Positions 46,401 through 57,001 of a stretch of DNA of 64,000 bases are shown one piece after another. The notes under the pieces are model-generated. The model was given only the letters and a program-made list of their open reading frames with translations. It was not told where the DNA came from and made no database searches. This DNA is from Epithemia pelagica (lineage: Eukaryota > Protista > Bacillariophyta). The stretch's first letter is position 1, and every line of letters starts with the position of its first letter. The position numbers and the translations under genes are program-made. The stretch lies in contig OX337232.1 in assembly GCA_946965045.2 (NCBI GenBank), positions 434,001-498,000 of the forward strand, in the 5' to 3' direction.

Positions 46401-47666
46401 TTTAGTATCGACGGTCTTCCTTTGCTTCAAGCCGGTACATTTGGCCCAACTATCACAATCACTTTTAATGATGGCGCTCAAGGTTCACAACTGACCCAGT
46501 TGTCGGCGTACAAAAGTCACAAGACGCTCGGAGTTCAGAAATCGCCTCACGCTACCAACAAAGGTTTATATTTCGCTTTGGCTAAACGCAACAACAGTCA
46601 CACAAGGACCATGGCTCGCAGTCCCTTCAACAGGACTGATGCGTGGGCATACTACCACGCTATCTACTTGCCCAGTATGTGCTACCCATTTCCTTCCTCA
46701 ACTATCTCGGATGCATTTTGCACAGCACTTCAACGCCAATTCAAGAAAGCTTTCTTACCCAAATATGGCTTCAACAGAAACATGCCAAACGCTGTGGTTT
46801 ATGGACCGTCTGAACTTGGCGGGATTGGTCTTCGTACTTTATCTGTCGAACGTGGCATAGCTCAAGTCTACCACTTTCTGGCTTGTATCCGCTCCGAAGG
46901 AGTTCAACATCAACTTGCAAAAATCATGGTCTCTTGGGGCCAATTTCTCGCTGGCACTGGAATTCCTGTTTTAGAAGACGTGCACACGATTCTACCGCAT
47001 ATGGAGCCAATGCAATGGCTACCTCAGATGCGCACCTTCCTATCTACAGTTGATTGTCGGATCGAACTAGAGCAGACATTTGTCCCAGATCTTCAACGGG
47101 AACAAGATTCTTTTTTGATGGATTTGGCTCTTACCTTTACCACGTCTCCAACAGACTTGAAATTGATTAACGCTTGTCGTCTCTACCTTGGAGTGACTTT
47201 TGTCAGTGACATTTCTAGCCCTGAGGGGTCAATCATCACTCGTTCTGCATATGACGGTCGTCTGGACATTCTCACGCAGCATCGCGGCCTTATCCCATAC
47301 CAACGAAGACCTGGTCCAAAATCCTGGACAAAGTGGCGTAATTTCCTAAACAGCCTTCTCAGCTCTACTCACGATCGACGCTTGAACCAACCACTCGGCA
47401 AATGGTACTTTGGTGGATCGTCTACCTTTCGGAATTGGTTATCTTATCTCGATCGTCCGTCCTCCCGTCTTTTTGTCGCTGCCCCAAACGGTCAATGGTT
47501 AGAATATCCCTACTATGGCATGGCTTTTTGGCCAACTACAACGTTGCATCACTCCGTCCCACCTACTGCTTGCCCAGCTCAGACTCTTTCGACTGGTCCA
47601 GCGAAGATTCTGTCCTCAAGTCACTACGTGTTAGCGCGCCCCATTACACCACGCCAAGCTCTCTGA
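43437..47666 (+). CDS. LINE ORF2: AP endonuclease and reverse transcriptase
   Basis: SNPNG, YETN, IGDFNE, RIDY, DHR (APE); RIHRLRVIHL, QFG, DATACYDRI, GSGQG..NSP, FVDD (RT). Confidence 0.95.
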   Translation: MSRNLNIPEINNYINHNHHHFATMPEPTQQEDFPDQLFHDTLHHNSSTQETFKFDAPIGIPSQEKDDNTFRVFGSNPNGLTLGHDGGDFAELCLEMSNSQVDTWCIYETNLDTTQHNVRNKLHNTIRKHTEHSRIVYGSSSISTVRGRAYKPGGILQVTQGQTTGRVVKQGQDSMGRWAYQVFSCRGHKTLTVITAYQVCHQTLIDETTQRRRSFTASAQQVSMLRQMNRTCTPREAFIQDLGAFIQERTACNSGILLIGDFNEALSDSYSGMSKLCSDNNLQDLMWQILGTTDFGTHAKGRERIDYVLCSDWVAAAVKNGYYEAFGYRPKGDHRNIMIDFDIEKLFGNRTQPLGPISSRNFTSQDKSSNRKYIEAKHRYCRDHNFRQRLAALQEEWNPDEAEKLDKDWQRAGEYAAKQCSKKPRSVPYVAELAELRQRKNLLLKLISAAKLNKSFDAGIAHLTTNGYQGGFPSTMTECQTECRVTQQKIKAMTKTAIYRRQNELKIALQEAIDCGDKQQSKALKHRISAERTKAMYAKLRQCRENPKAGITRLDVPADSTNTDYNNCSSWITIDTPSEIEERLLQRNRKHFGQADGTFPTTPPFSEWCDWGASTHTAELILEGDWQSEELTDLQQCLINHMKARVALDTISSTISTEEWVGKIRSWPESTTTSPSGFHLGHSKALISGHDLDPKSHESELLEQQRSELIEWQVALLNCALSNQYSFTRWQHIVNVMILKEPGDLRIHRLRVIHLYEQDYNLVLAIKWRKMIQLCTNQQALHPTQFGGVPGRDAIIPTLCEEFQYEISRASKRPLVHLDYDATACYDRIILSFGSLASRSFGQNRSIVFINARTLEQAKYYLKTQLGVSERFYKHCTLYPIYGSGQGAGNSPAIWCVVSSILFETYEKGAHGASFESPDGSVKTKVYMIGFVDDTSGSANDFRRPSRAPLTHYISKAQDDAQRWNDVLALSGGALNPQKCSYHFMYYDFSIDGLPLLQAGTFGPTITITFNDGAQGSQLTQLSAYKSHKTLGVQKSPHATNKGLYFALAKRNNSHTRTMARSPFNRTDAWAYYHAIYLPSMCYPFPSSTISDAFCTALQRQFKKAFLPKYGFNRNMPNAVVYGPSELGGIGLRTLSVERGIAQVYHFLACIRSEGVQHQLAKIMVSWGQFLAGTGIPVLEDVHTILPHMEPMQWLPQMRTFLSTVDCRIELEQTFVPDLQREQDSFLMDLALTFTTSPTDLKLINACRLYLGVTFVSDISSPEGSIITRSAYDGRLDILTQHRGLIPYQRRPGPKSWTKWRNFLNSLLSSTHDRRLNQPLGKWYFGGSSTFRNWLSYLDRPSSRLFVAAPNGQWLEYPYYGMAFWPTTTLHHSVPPTACPAQTLSTGPAKILSSSHYVLARPITPRQAL

Positions 47667-49198
47667 GCGAACATATGGCTCAACTATCTTCTTGGGAACG
47701 GTCCCTCTGTACACAGTGCACTGCTCTGTGCTCAACTGATGATCTCGCTGCATTTCTACAATCGAGTTCGCCACTGTTGGTTAGCAGTGATGGTTCTGCT
47801 GGTTCCTTTGTTGGCACATTTGGCTGTGTTTGTTCCACTGACACTGGACAGCGACTATTTCGACTTCATGGTCCTGCGCCTGGTTATAAAACGTCTTCAT
47901 TCCGTGCGGAAAGCTACGCTTTCTTAGCCATCCTACGGTATCTGATACAATCGTGCGAATTTCTAAGCTGTGTTCTCCCTATCTCTCTTCAGATGTTTAC
48001 AGATTCTGAAAGCTTGGTCAAGACGATTCAGAAACGGATGGAATGGTTCGTTGAGTTTCCATATTCCACAATGACAGCAGATTGGGACTTACAACAAGCA
48101 ATTTCTCGGTCGCTCCGACAGTTTGTAAACTTTCCTCATATCTGTCATATCAAGGGCCATCAAGATCAAGAACAAGCATACTCAACTTTACCGCTGCCAG
48201 CTCAACTCAATGTCGACGCGGATCATGCAGCTTCCGATTATTCTTATCCTTCACGTGTTTCTCCGCGCCTTGCACCTATCACAGCTGGAAGTCACGCGTT
48301 GCTTCACAGTGCGGACGGATCTATTAACTCAAATTACCGTGCTATTCTGCGCAGATTGGCTACCTCCAAGACACTCCGCGAATACCATTGCATCAAATAT
48401 GACTGGTCCGATGCCGTGTTTGATTCTGTTGATTGGACTGCTCATGGTCGAGCATTGAATTCAAACTTTTCTCGTCGCATCTTTTTGGTAAAATTTCTCC
48501 ATGACTGGCTCCCTTTGGGCTACCTGAAATCGCGATACGCCGATTATTACGACGATACCTGTCCCCTTTGTTCTAATACTCTCGAGACTCGGTCTCATTT
48601 CCTTCAGTGTCCCAACCGGGACTGGTTCGACTCTCTTGCAGACGATCTCCGGTCGAAATGGCATGACCTTGAGTTCGATCCCTTTCTTCGGACTTTGCTT
48701 CTGGAATTTCTCCGTTCGTTTCTCCTCAATACTACCCCTTCTTTTCCCCCTTTACCTCATGCATACCAACGTGCTATTCTCTCACAGCTCACAATCGGGC
48801 AGGAGCAACTGTTTCTTGGTCGTTTCCCTTCACAATGGGCACATCTCCAAGACGCCTACTTACAACGCGCTTCTCTCTCTTCTCCGTTCTTCTCTGGCAC
48901 TCGTATCATCACCGCTACCATCAATATCATATGGCTTCATGTGTACAATCTCTGGCTCCGCCGTAATCAAGATCTTCATGGTGATTCCCCCGAAACTATT
49001 GAGACTGCCGATTATGCTCAAGCTAAGCGCGAAGTCCTCGCCCTCTACGCTCTCAAAGATAAAGTTCACGCTTCCGATGTTATCCTTTTCTATGACACTC
49101 CGGAACTCCATTTCTCCATCGACACTACCTCACTCGCTCTTCGCCACTGGCTCAATACATGGCGACCTGTTATACTTCGGTCTGCTTCTCCCCCGTGA
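47640..49198 (+). CDS. LINE ORF2 C-terminal part (RNase H and CCHC), separated from the RT frame by a -1 shift near 47636-47642
   Basis: SSDGS, SFRAES, FTDSES, HIKGHQD, NVDAD (RNase H); CPLC..ETRSHFLQC. Confidence 0.85.
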
Positions 49199-49307
49199 TT
49201 TCTTACATCCCAAAGTACTGTTAGTCCTCGCCTAGTTTTCTAGGCCGGGCGCGTCGGTCGACGGTACCCTAGCGGGTCCGCGCGGCAGCGTTAAAATAGA
49301 CAGTACC

Positions 49308-49339
<32 letters not shown>

Positions 49340-51472
49340 CGACGCACACCACATCAACCGTGGTTTTAGGATAGAGTGAAGCCAAAAGTCATAGTCATCC
49401 ACTCATTCCATTGTCGCTCTCGTAATGTCGATTCAAAGACACAAATTTATCGCCCTTTCGACAAAGTTCAGCAACCTTTCCAAAAAGGACGACGACGACA
49501 CCGACGATTTGAGAACGGTTCGATCGAGTACCACCAGCAGTGTTGGCCCCGTCAATGCTTGACAGTCCTTGTTTTTCTTTTATTACAAGAAAAATGTTTT
49601 TCTTGTATTACAAGAAAAACAATGACTGTCTAGCTTTGACGGAACCAACGCTGCTCATGCTCATGCTGACAGCACGCCTCATCAGACCAACAGGTCAAAT
49701 GCTGTCCGAGGAAAAGGAACCGCAATCCCAGTTTGTGGTGCTGCTGAAGCTGAAGCTGCAAACAACCCAGATGGACCCAAGAATGTCAAAGAAGGGAAAG
49801 CCGCCAAGGACGAAATACAAGAGAGACGGGTTCATCCGTCCAGCGGGAACAGGAGCAAAATGCCCGTGTCGCATTTTGTTCAGAAGAAAAATGAAGAACG
49901 ATCGCAAAAACAAACAAACAAGAAGCAGCTTCGTCGTTAAAAAAAACGAGGAGAATCCCGAGCACTATTAACAAGGATCTATGTGGGACGAGAATAGCAT
50001 AAGAAAAGAAAGAATAGGGATGAAAGTACAACGTGATCGAGTACTGGGATTTAACAGTAAGGAGAGCGCATCTTTGGGTATCGTGACATGTGGTGTAGCA
50101 GTGAGCGTAATATTTCTTGTATCCTTGACAATGAAAGCAAGAATCATGTCTTCCTGTTGAAACGGCTCCTGGAACGGAACGAGCCACAGCCCTGGCGCTC
50201 GTGAGTTTGGTTTGGGGAACCCATACGAGGACACGACGATCTGCGAGAGTGAACGTCCACCAGCCTCTTTCTGCTCCCATTTCTGTCATCCGCAAGCCAG
50301 CCATTGGGAAAGGATACGCACCAAACCAATGCTGGAGCGCTTCCAGTCATGCTCAGGCTCGGACTTTTGATTGTGGTGAGGGAAACCACTTGATGATATG
50401 CGAGAGGACACGTCTCCAATCGGCCAGTGACCTTGAAGTTCTTACCATTCTCCTCGCGGCAACGAACCATGGAGTTCTTGGAATCATATTATGCACCTCC
50501 TTTTCCTGATCTCGTTCCGTGCACACGACCAAGTGCCGCGCGAACGATTGTGCATCTCTTGAAAACCTCAAACGAGGAGAATCGTGCACCGTGGAAAAGA
50601 GATGCGTTGTTGGCGTAGGAATGGCGTCTCGGATCGAGCACAACACTCTTGGTTTGTAGAATGCACGTTCCAGAATCCTTTCCGTGCGTGGCGTTCCTCC
50701 AAAGGAACATGCAAATACCCGACTGCGATGAATGTGGTTCTCTTCCAGAGAGAAGAAGAAACCAAACACTCTGGATCGACAAATATCGGCACAGCGTCAC
50801 TTAGTTTTGGCACATCTCGTCAAAACCTCAAACGATCGTGCGTGGAAATTTCTCAATGACATGCAACGCTTACCACGGACATACCGGCAGACTACGCGAT
50901 CGAAACGTCATATTGGGAAAGTTTCGTAGGGAAATCGAGTCCTCTCAATCAAGAGTTTGGAAACCAGAAGAAACGAAACGGATTGGAATAACCACAAGGA
51001 CACATTAATACATTTGCTCACTTCGAACATGGATTGGCAGGAACAAGTGCGGTTGTCAGGCCTAGTGTCTGACATTTGCGCGACAATAGAGAAAGGAGAA
51101 CGATGACAACACCGACGACAACTCGAATAATAATATCCAAAGAGAATGCCTCTCATATTCTGCAGGAATCCATTCTATTTTAGACTGTTTTGGGACAATG
51201 ATTCTTCCGCTCACACCCACTCACAAGCTACTTTAGCTCGGAATCAACAACCACAGCAAACGGTCCAAAAGGAGGAGATATTCTCCAGGACACAATTCTC
51301 GTCATCATCATCATGATTATCCTCCTCATACGTCTCTTGGGAGGGGAGCCTGGACGGAATCGGTTTGAATTCCAGAATCCAGACAGGTTTTTTTTCCTTC
51401 TTGGGAACAATGTGTGTGTGTGTGTTTTGGATTTTCTTGGGAGACAATGTGTGTTGTTCGAACGTGGCTTGC

Positions 51473-53761
51473 TCAGTTGGGGGTGTCATTGTCTGTTTGT
51501 TGGCTTGGTTGCGACTCTTGTTGTTCTTGTGGCGGTGGTTTCCTTTCGTGTTCTTCTTCTTGTTGTTCTTGTTCTTGTCGTTGCTTTTTTGCTAGCTTTT
51601 TGGCGTGTTGTTTGTGAAATTCCGTCAAGGTCTTGTCGAGTCGCTGAATAAATTCTTGCAATTCGGCGGCCGTGACACCGAGGGCACAGGCGGCCGTCAG
51701 GTAGGAATGGGGATATTGGTCATGGGAACTGCCAAAGCCGTGAAACACGACGCCATTCATGGTCTTTTTCACCCCCTGGGGAATGACGCGGGTCCCACTG
51801 ACACAGCGTCGAAACAACATGGACCCCAAGCCGGACAAGGCCTGCGGATCGGACGGAACAGTTGGGTCGTCGTCCTGGTTGTTGCTGGTGGTGTTGGTGT
51901 CCTGGTTGTTGTCATTTTGGTTTGTTGTTTCGTGTGTCTCTGGAGGGTCTGTGGTCGTTGGTTGGCTGTTGTTGTTCGTGTCCTTCTTGTCATCCTTGTC
52001 ATTATTGTCGTTGTCCTTCATGTCGTTGGCTGGCAATGGCGATCCGGGCGTGCGATTCAAGGTTACGGCCAAGGAAATGGTATTGCCGGGACACTGCAGG
52101 AGACGTTCGCCATGACGCGTCGCCACGCGGTGCAATTCCCGTTGCAACCAGGGCAGCAACGTGGTGCGTCGCTGCTGCATGTACTCGCGGTAAGTGTGTC
52201 GTCCCATCGCGAGCAAGGTAACACAGACATCGACCATGGGACTAATCGAGGCCCGTCCGGCGTAGGCTTGTCCGATGGCTTGAATTCGATCGGCCGACGG
52301 CGATAACACCACTGCACCACCAACGGGCACTAGAAAATTCTTGTCGAGACTGCACACCACGGCATCGACTTGACCAATCGTACATGCCCGTTCCAACAAG
52401 CGATTCGTCTCGCGACATTGCAATCCGTAGGCATGATTAATCACATGGGCCATGGTGGTATCCAGGGGAGTGGCATTGTCTGGGTGGTTGTTGTTGTATT
52501 GTTGATCATGAATTCGTTGTTGCGTATTGTATTCCTGGATCAATTTCGCGACGGCATCGACGGCATCGGGAATGCGGGGGGCAAAGCACGAGGTGGTGGT
52601 CACAACGGCGACAATGCGACCGCGATATTGCTCCAGGGCCTCTTGCAGTGCTGCCAAGTCGGTTCCCACGGCATCGGTTCCCGCCACGCGTTGCGTGGGT
52701 AGCACGACACAGGTATAGCCCGCGGCGGCAATGGCCTTGAAACACGACTTTTGATCAATGCGACTCCACAAGACAATATCCTTTTGGTGGTTGGTATTAG
52801 GAAGAGGTGGCACAGAGGACGAGGACATGGAAAAGGCCACGGCCGCACACGATTGCAGTGGTCGCAAACTGGACAAGACGAGCGACAGCGTCATGCCAGT
52901 ACACATTGGAACCAGTACGACGTGCCGCGCCGTTTGCTTCAAGCCACAGTCGTCTTGCACCAAATGTTGGACCAGTTGCGTGGCGAGTTGGACCAAGACA
53001 CTGGATCCCACCGCCTTGGGTTGGGGTTGGACCAAATCGCCCGATCGGCCCATGCCATGACTCAATCCCGCATGTCGCTGCAAGACCCAGGGCGAATACA
53101 CGCGACCTTCTCGTTCGCCCACACCACACCATCGCGGCGGAGCAGTAGTAGAAGTAGGGAACGTGTGGTTGTCGTCGGCCGAGATCCAGTGGAATGATGG
53201 TGGTTGTTGTTGGAGGGCTTGCGGATGATTGGTATCCAGTGTGGAGAGGGTATACAACAAGTGTTGAATCTGGACATCGGGCCAGCCCTGGTCCGGTACC
53301 TTGCCATGCAATAACAAGGTTCGATAATCCTTGTGCAGGGCCATCCAATTGGACAAGCCGACCGTGACATGGGATTCCGGAATGCGACTGCTTTTGGAGG
53401 ATGGCGACACGCGTTGCAACCAGGACAACCAATCCGAGGCACTGGCCAAGGTGGACGATGTCGATGACGCTGTGGTAGACTTGGTCGGTTGGTTGGTGGT
53501 CTTTTGTTTGGCTTGGTTGTTTGTGGCTGGTTTGGTTGATGGTTGGTTCGAATTATTGTCTGTCTTGTTTGGTGATTGTTGTTTTTGTTGATGGTTTTTG
53601 ACTGTAGTGGCCGTTTTGTCGTTGTTGTCATCGTCGTCGTTGTTTGCCTGTGGCATGGCTGTCGTATTTGAGGTTGTGCTTTCAGGGGTGGTCGAGATTC
53701 CACCTTGCTCCTCCTCCTGCTTCACTGATGACTGTGGTGCTGCATCCTTGGAATCCGCCAT
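51473..53761 (-). CDS. SEPSECS: O-phosphoseryl-tRNA(Sec) selenium transferase (~762 aa, with low-complexity insertions)
   Basis: GVGEREGR, HGMGRSGD, QPKAVGSS, WSRIDQKSCFKAI, TSCFAPR, HAYG, DKNFLVPVGG (PLP lysine), YAGRAS, SGTRV. Confidence 0.95.
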   Translation of the reverse strand: MADSKDAAPQSSVKQEEEQGGISTTPESTTSNTTAMPQANNDDDDNNDKTATTVKNHQQKQQSPNKTDNNSNQPSTKPATNNQAKQKTTNQPTKSTTASSTSSTLASASDWLSWLQRVSPSSKSSRIPESHVTVGLSNWMALHKDYRTLLLHGKVPDQGWPDVQIQHLLYTLSTLDTNHPQALQQQPPSFHWISADDNHTFPTSTTAPPRWCGVGEREGRVYSPWVLQRHAGLSHGMGRSGDLVQPQPKAVGSSVLVQLATQLVQHLVQDDCGLKQTARHVVLVPMCTGMTLSLVLSSLRPLQSCAAVAFSMSSSSVPPLPNTNHQKDIVLWSRIDQKSCFKAIAAAGYTCVVLPTQRVAGTDAVGTDLAALQEALEQYRGRIVAVVTTTSCFAPRIPDAVDAVAKLIQEYNTQQRIHDQQYNNNHPDNATPLDTTMAHVINHAYGLQCRETNRLLERACTIGQVDAVVCSLDKNFLVPVGGAVVLSPSADRIQAIGQAYAGRASISPMVDVCVTLLAMGRHTYREYMQQRRTTLLPWLQRELHRVATRHGERLLQCPGNTISLAVTLNRTPGSPLPANDMKDNDNNDKDDKKDTNNNSQPTTTDPPETHETTNQNDNNQDTNTTSNNQDDDPTVPSDPQALSGLGSMLFRRCVSGTRVIPQGVKKTMNGVVFHGFGSSHDQYPHSYLTAACALGVTAAELQEFIQRLDKTLTEFHKQHAKKLAKKQRQEQEQQEEEHERKPPPQEQQESQPSQQTDNDTPN

Positions 53762-53918
53762 GATGAAGAAAACACCAAAGGTTTGAAACTGAAATTTGGT
53801 CCAAGCCACAACCGGTAGGAATAGTATTCGTAGAAAAGGTAACTTTGTTGGGGGTTTGGTCCACACTCGCCCTCCCAATAGACTCGATTCGCTTCCAGCT
53901 TCAATCTCTGCTAATGTG

Positions 53919-53941
53919 GTCTCTCTCTCTCTCTCTCTCTC
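53919..53941. repeat. (CT)n microsatellite upstream of SEPSECS
   Basis: CTCTCTCT... run. Confidence 0.85.
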
Positions 53942-54853
53942 GTTGCGTCGCTCGTTTGCCTTCTCTTTCGTGGAATGGATCGTCCCACTGGAGAGCAAAT
54001 GGCAGAGAGAGATTGTAAGGAGACTGATGCACAACAACCCGACACAAAACCGACAGCAGCACGAAGGAACCAAAAAAATGAGGGGATCTTTTGGGTGGGT
54101 GCGAGGATCGTTTCGTCCCCCGCAGATCGGTCGCGTTTGTATAACGCGACCTAAAAGCGCTTGGAGTTTTGTCTTTTTTCAAGTTTTCATGCAAAACGCT
54201 CTCATCCTCTCGACCGAGAATGTCCAACGCCGGATCATGACGAACTGGACCTTGCGACCAAGCTGGACCGTGGTGCGTCGTCCTCAAGAAGTATTATGTT
54301 GAGTGCCGAGGAATGCCAGAAGTGACAGTGCTAGTACGAAACGCTGCCGCTGCTGTGGCGTCGCCGTCCTCCTCGTCCGTTGGTTCCGTGATTGTGAGCC
54401 GTCATGGTTCCCTGGAACAACCCGTCTGTTCGTTGCCGGACATGACCATCGACGACGCTCACCAAGCGACCCTCCACTGTGGAGAAGGTTTTGGGAAACG
54501 TCCATCGTTTCCAACCGTCCGTGCACACACGAGAGATATCCTACCTCCCCGAACACCTGAAGCTGAGGTGCGGGGACTTCCGACTTTGGAGATTGTCTAC
54601 CATCTCCAATCTCCAACCAAGATTGGAAGTGCGGGCCTTAGCTCGATTCGTTCTTGGTCGCGCAAAAATACGAGTTGTTCCCCTCGAACACACTGACGTG
54701 GCGACAATCCTCTGAGCCTCTCTTGCTTTTGCCCAACCCACCTTTCGTGGTCGCCATTTCTTGAGATGTACGTTTGTTGCCAAGAATAGCCGTGCAAATT
54801 CCGGAAGAGTTTCTGATAACGTGAATTGTTTGTGTCCCCTCTTTAACAATAAG

Positions 54854-55591
54854 ATGACAAGCACTCTGTTTTTTTTCCTGCTGGGAAGCTGGCTGTTGGC
54901 GCTGTTTCTTTCTACGAAGGCGACGCTGGCATTCCTGCCGACCAGTCCTTCAAGGAACCAGCATTTTCACACGACCTTGTGTCGTGCAAGTTCGAAACAG
55001 CCGTCCGACATGAACATAAAAGAACTCCAAGTCGCCAAGGTCGAGGCAGCCCAAAAGTCAAACGCCATTGCTGAAAAGTCTCTGGACAATGCTAACACTA
55101 TTGCTGCGATTTCTGCTGCGATTTCTGCTGCGATTTCTGCGCTTGTACCTTTGGTCATTGCATTTATGGCAAACAACAAGATCGACCAAATGCAGGATAG
55201 AAACGAAAGCTTACAGGTAAGAAACGAAAGCTTACAGGAAAGCTTACAGGTAAGAAACGAAAGCTTACAGGAAAGCTTACAGGTAAGAAACGAAAGCTTA
55301 CAGGAAAGCTTACAGGTTAGAAATGAAAGCTTACAGGATAGCTTACAGGTTAGAAATGAAAGCTTACAGGATAGCTTACAGGTTAGAAACGAAATCTTTC
55401 AGTTGGAGCTCAAGAAGATCGACACAAACAACCAAAAGAAGAAGGCTGAAATTCAAGGTTTAATTGATGCCAAGAAAGGCGCGACTGCGAGGAGTTTATC
55501 CCGCCGTAATGGTTTGAACGATGGGGCTGTCGCTTGGCTCAAGAAGCAGACGGCGGCCGAACAGGGAAGCTCTTTGCCTTGGCTGACGTAA
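54854..55591 (+). CDS. Plastid-targeted coiled-coil protein, paralogue outside the array (245 aa, five 11-aa repeats, three AAIS repeats)
   Basis: Signal ending ATLA-FLP; VRNESLQESLQ x3 plus VRNESLQDSLQ x2; same C-terminus as the array copies (AWLKKQT.AEQGSSLPWLT). Confidence 0.75.
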   Translation: MTSTLFFFLLGSWLLALFLSTKATLAFLPTSPSRNQHFHTTLCRASSKQPSDMNIKELQVAKVEAAQKSNAIAEKSLDNANTIAAISAAISAAISALVPLVIAFMANNKIDQMQDRNESLQVRNESLQESLQVRNESLQESLQVRNESLQESLQVRNESLQDSLQVRNESLQDSLQVRNEIFQLELKKIDTNNQKKKAEIQGLIDAKKGATARSLSRRNGLNDGAVAWLKKQTAAEQGSSLPWLT

Positions 55592-56098
55592 AAAAGTCCT
55601 ACGTGGGAGAACAAATGGGCTTGACTCAAAAAGAAGAGGACGGCGGCAACGGCGACTTTTGATCCGATACATTGCTTCTCTGGACAATTGTAGCGGGTGC
55701 TTGTGGAACCGTTATCAAATTGTCCGTGTCGTCGTCAACGAGTCCACACCACACCACGCATTCGATAGAGAGACAGAGCACAAGAATCGCAACCAACGAA
55801 TACGACGACTGTTTGAATGAAAAAAAGCACGACGGCTGGCTTTCTCATTATAAACTACGCGCTAGTACTATTGAAACGACCTTGGTATTCCGCAATAGAG
55901 AACCTGGGCTTCCCACAACTTGAGAGGGTTCACGACCTAGCTAGTTGTTGTGGTTGAGGTGTGAGCATGGTGTCTGTGATCCAACGACAAACCCAATGGC
56001 GTTTGCCGCTGCCTCTCCTCGAACCTATTCTGGTGAAACTATAGACGACCAATCTTCCCTGTTTTCTTGTTTCCAAAACTCTCATAAAAGTACTTTCA

Positions 56099-57001
56099 TT
56101 ATTCGGACGGTTTCCCCTGCTGGTCCGCGGCGGCCAGTCGCAACAAGGCCTCATCCTGCTCTTCGGGTTGGAGCACTGGTTTTTGTTTTTGAAACAGGCT
56201 GAACGACGACGACGACGATGATTTGGGTACCGTCGCCTTGGTCGTCTTCGTCACAGTGGCGGCGTGTTGCAATTCCTGTCGAATCCGAGCTTGCAATCGT
56301 GTTGTGGTTGTCCCGACTTGGTGGGGATTGTTCGTTTCGGCTGCCAACCGTTGCGCCACTCGTTCCACAAATCCATCCTGATTGCTTGGGGTGGAGGATG
56401 ACAAGGACACTGCATCGTTCGGGTGGTCCTTGTCATTTGGTTCTGTGGATTTCGGCATGACAATGGATTGGACGAGCTCATTGCGTTGAAAAAAGGTTTG
56501 CAAGGCCGTTTCCTGTTGTCGCATCAAACTGGTTTGGTGGGTGGACGACTTGTACACATTGACCGAGGTCAAAAAGACGACCAAGGCCACGGCCGATTGC
56601 GACCATCCCCGAAACCATTGCTGACGGGCCACTTGGTGCACCGCCACCGATGCTTGATCGGTCGTTTCTTGCTGCAACGCAATGGATTGCAGTTTGGCTT
56701 GTGCCGCCGTGCGACCCTCTACTTGTTGTTGACGATACTGCGATACCATGGAACTCGTGGAAGGAGGAGACGAACGAGAAGAAGACGACAACGATGACGA
56801 CAACCATCGTGCGTTGTTCCATCCAACTTGTGGTCGTTGCGGGTTCATCGTCGTCGTTCCCCCCGCAAAGGGTCCTCCTCCACCTCCTCCTCTTCTTCTT
56901 GCTTGTTGGTGGAACTGTCGTCGCCACAACCAGAGTGGCTGGGTCATTCGTAGCGTCGTTGACGTTGTCGTCGTCGTTGTCATGGTCGTTGTCCCTCTCA
57001 T
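56099..57001 (-). CDS. Hypothetical single-pass protein with a mitochondrial presequence-like N-terminus (~300 aa)
   Basis: LWLWRRQFHQQARRR...RWLSSS, coil, hydrophobic WSQSAVALVVFLTSVNVY. Confidence 0.5.
   Translation of the reverse strand: MRGTTTMTTTTTTSTTLRMTQPLWLWRRQFHQQARRRGGGGGGPFAGGTTTMNPQRPQVGWNNARWLSSSLSSSSRSSPPSTSSMVSQYRQQQVEGRTAAQAKLQSIALQQETTDQASVAVHQVARQQWFRGWSQSAVALVVFLTSVNVYKSSTHQTSLMRQQETALQTFFQRNELVQSIVMPKSTEPNDKDHPNDAVSLSSSTPSNQDGFVERVAQRLAAETNNPHQVGTTTTRLQARIRQELQHAATVTKTTKATVPKSSSSSSFSLFQKQKPVLQPEEQDEALLRLAAADQQGKPSE

Larger units (their letters stand above)
41183..49339 (+). mobile_element. Full-length non-LTR retrotransposon (APE-RT-RNase H, Ambal-like), 8.16 kb
   Basis: 17-bp TSD CGACGCACACCACATCA (41166-41182, 49340-49356); two overlapping ORFs; 3' end T26. 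Confidence 0.95.

Noticed and set aside
47600-47670. Programmed -1 frameshift between LINE RT and RNase H
   Set aside because: No X XXY YYZ slippery heptamer; one extra C in the CCCC run restores the frame, so an indel or sequencing error is simpler.
49288-49300. Similarity of GTTAAAATAG to tracrRNA or the pistol ribozyme linker
   Set aside because: Only a short match; the helices required by either RNA are not present in the right order.
49400-51200. Genes between the LINE and SEPSECS
   Set aside because: Only short conflicting ORFs and a weak internal duplication (~50553 vs ~50812); no supportable gene model.
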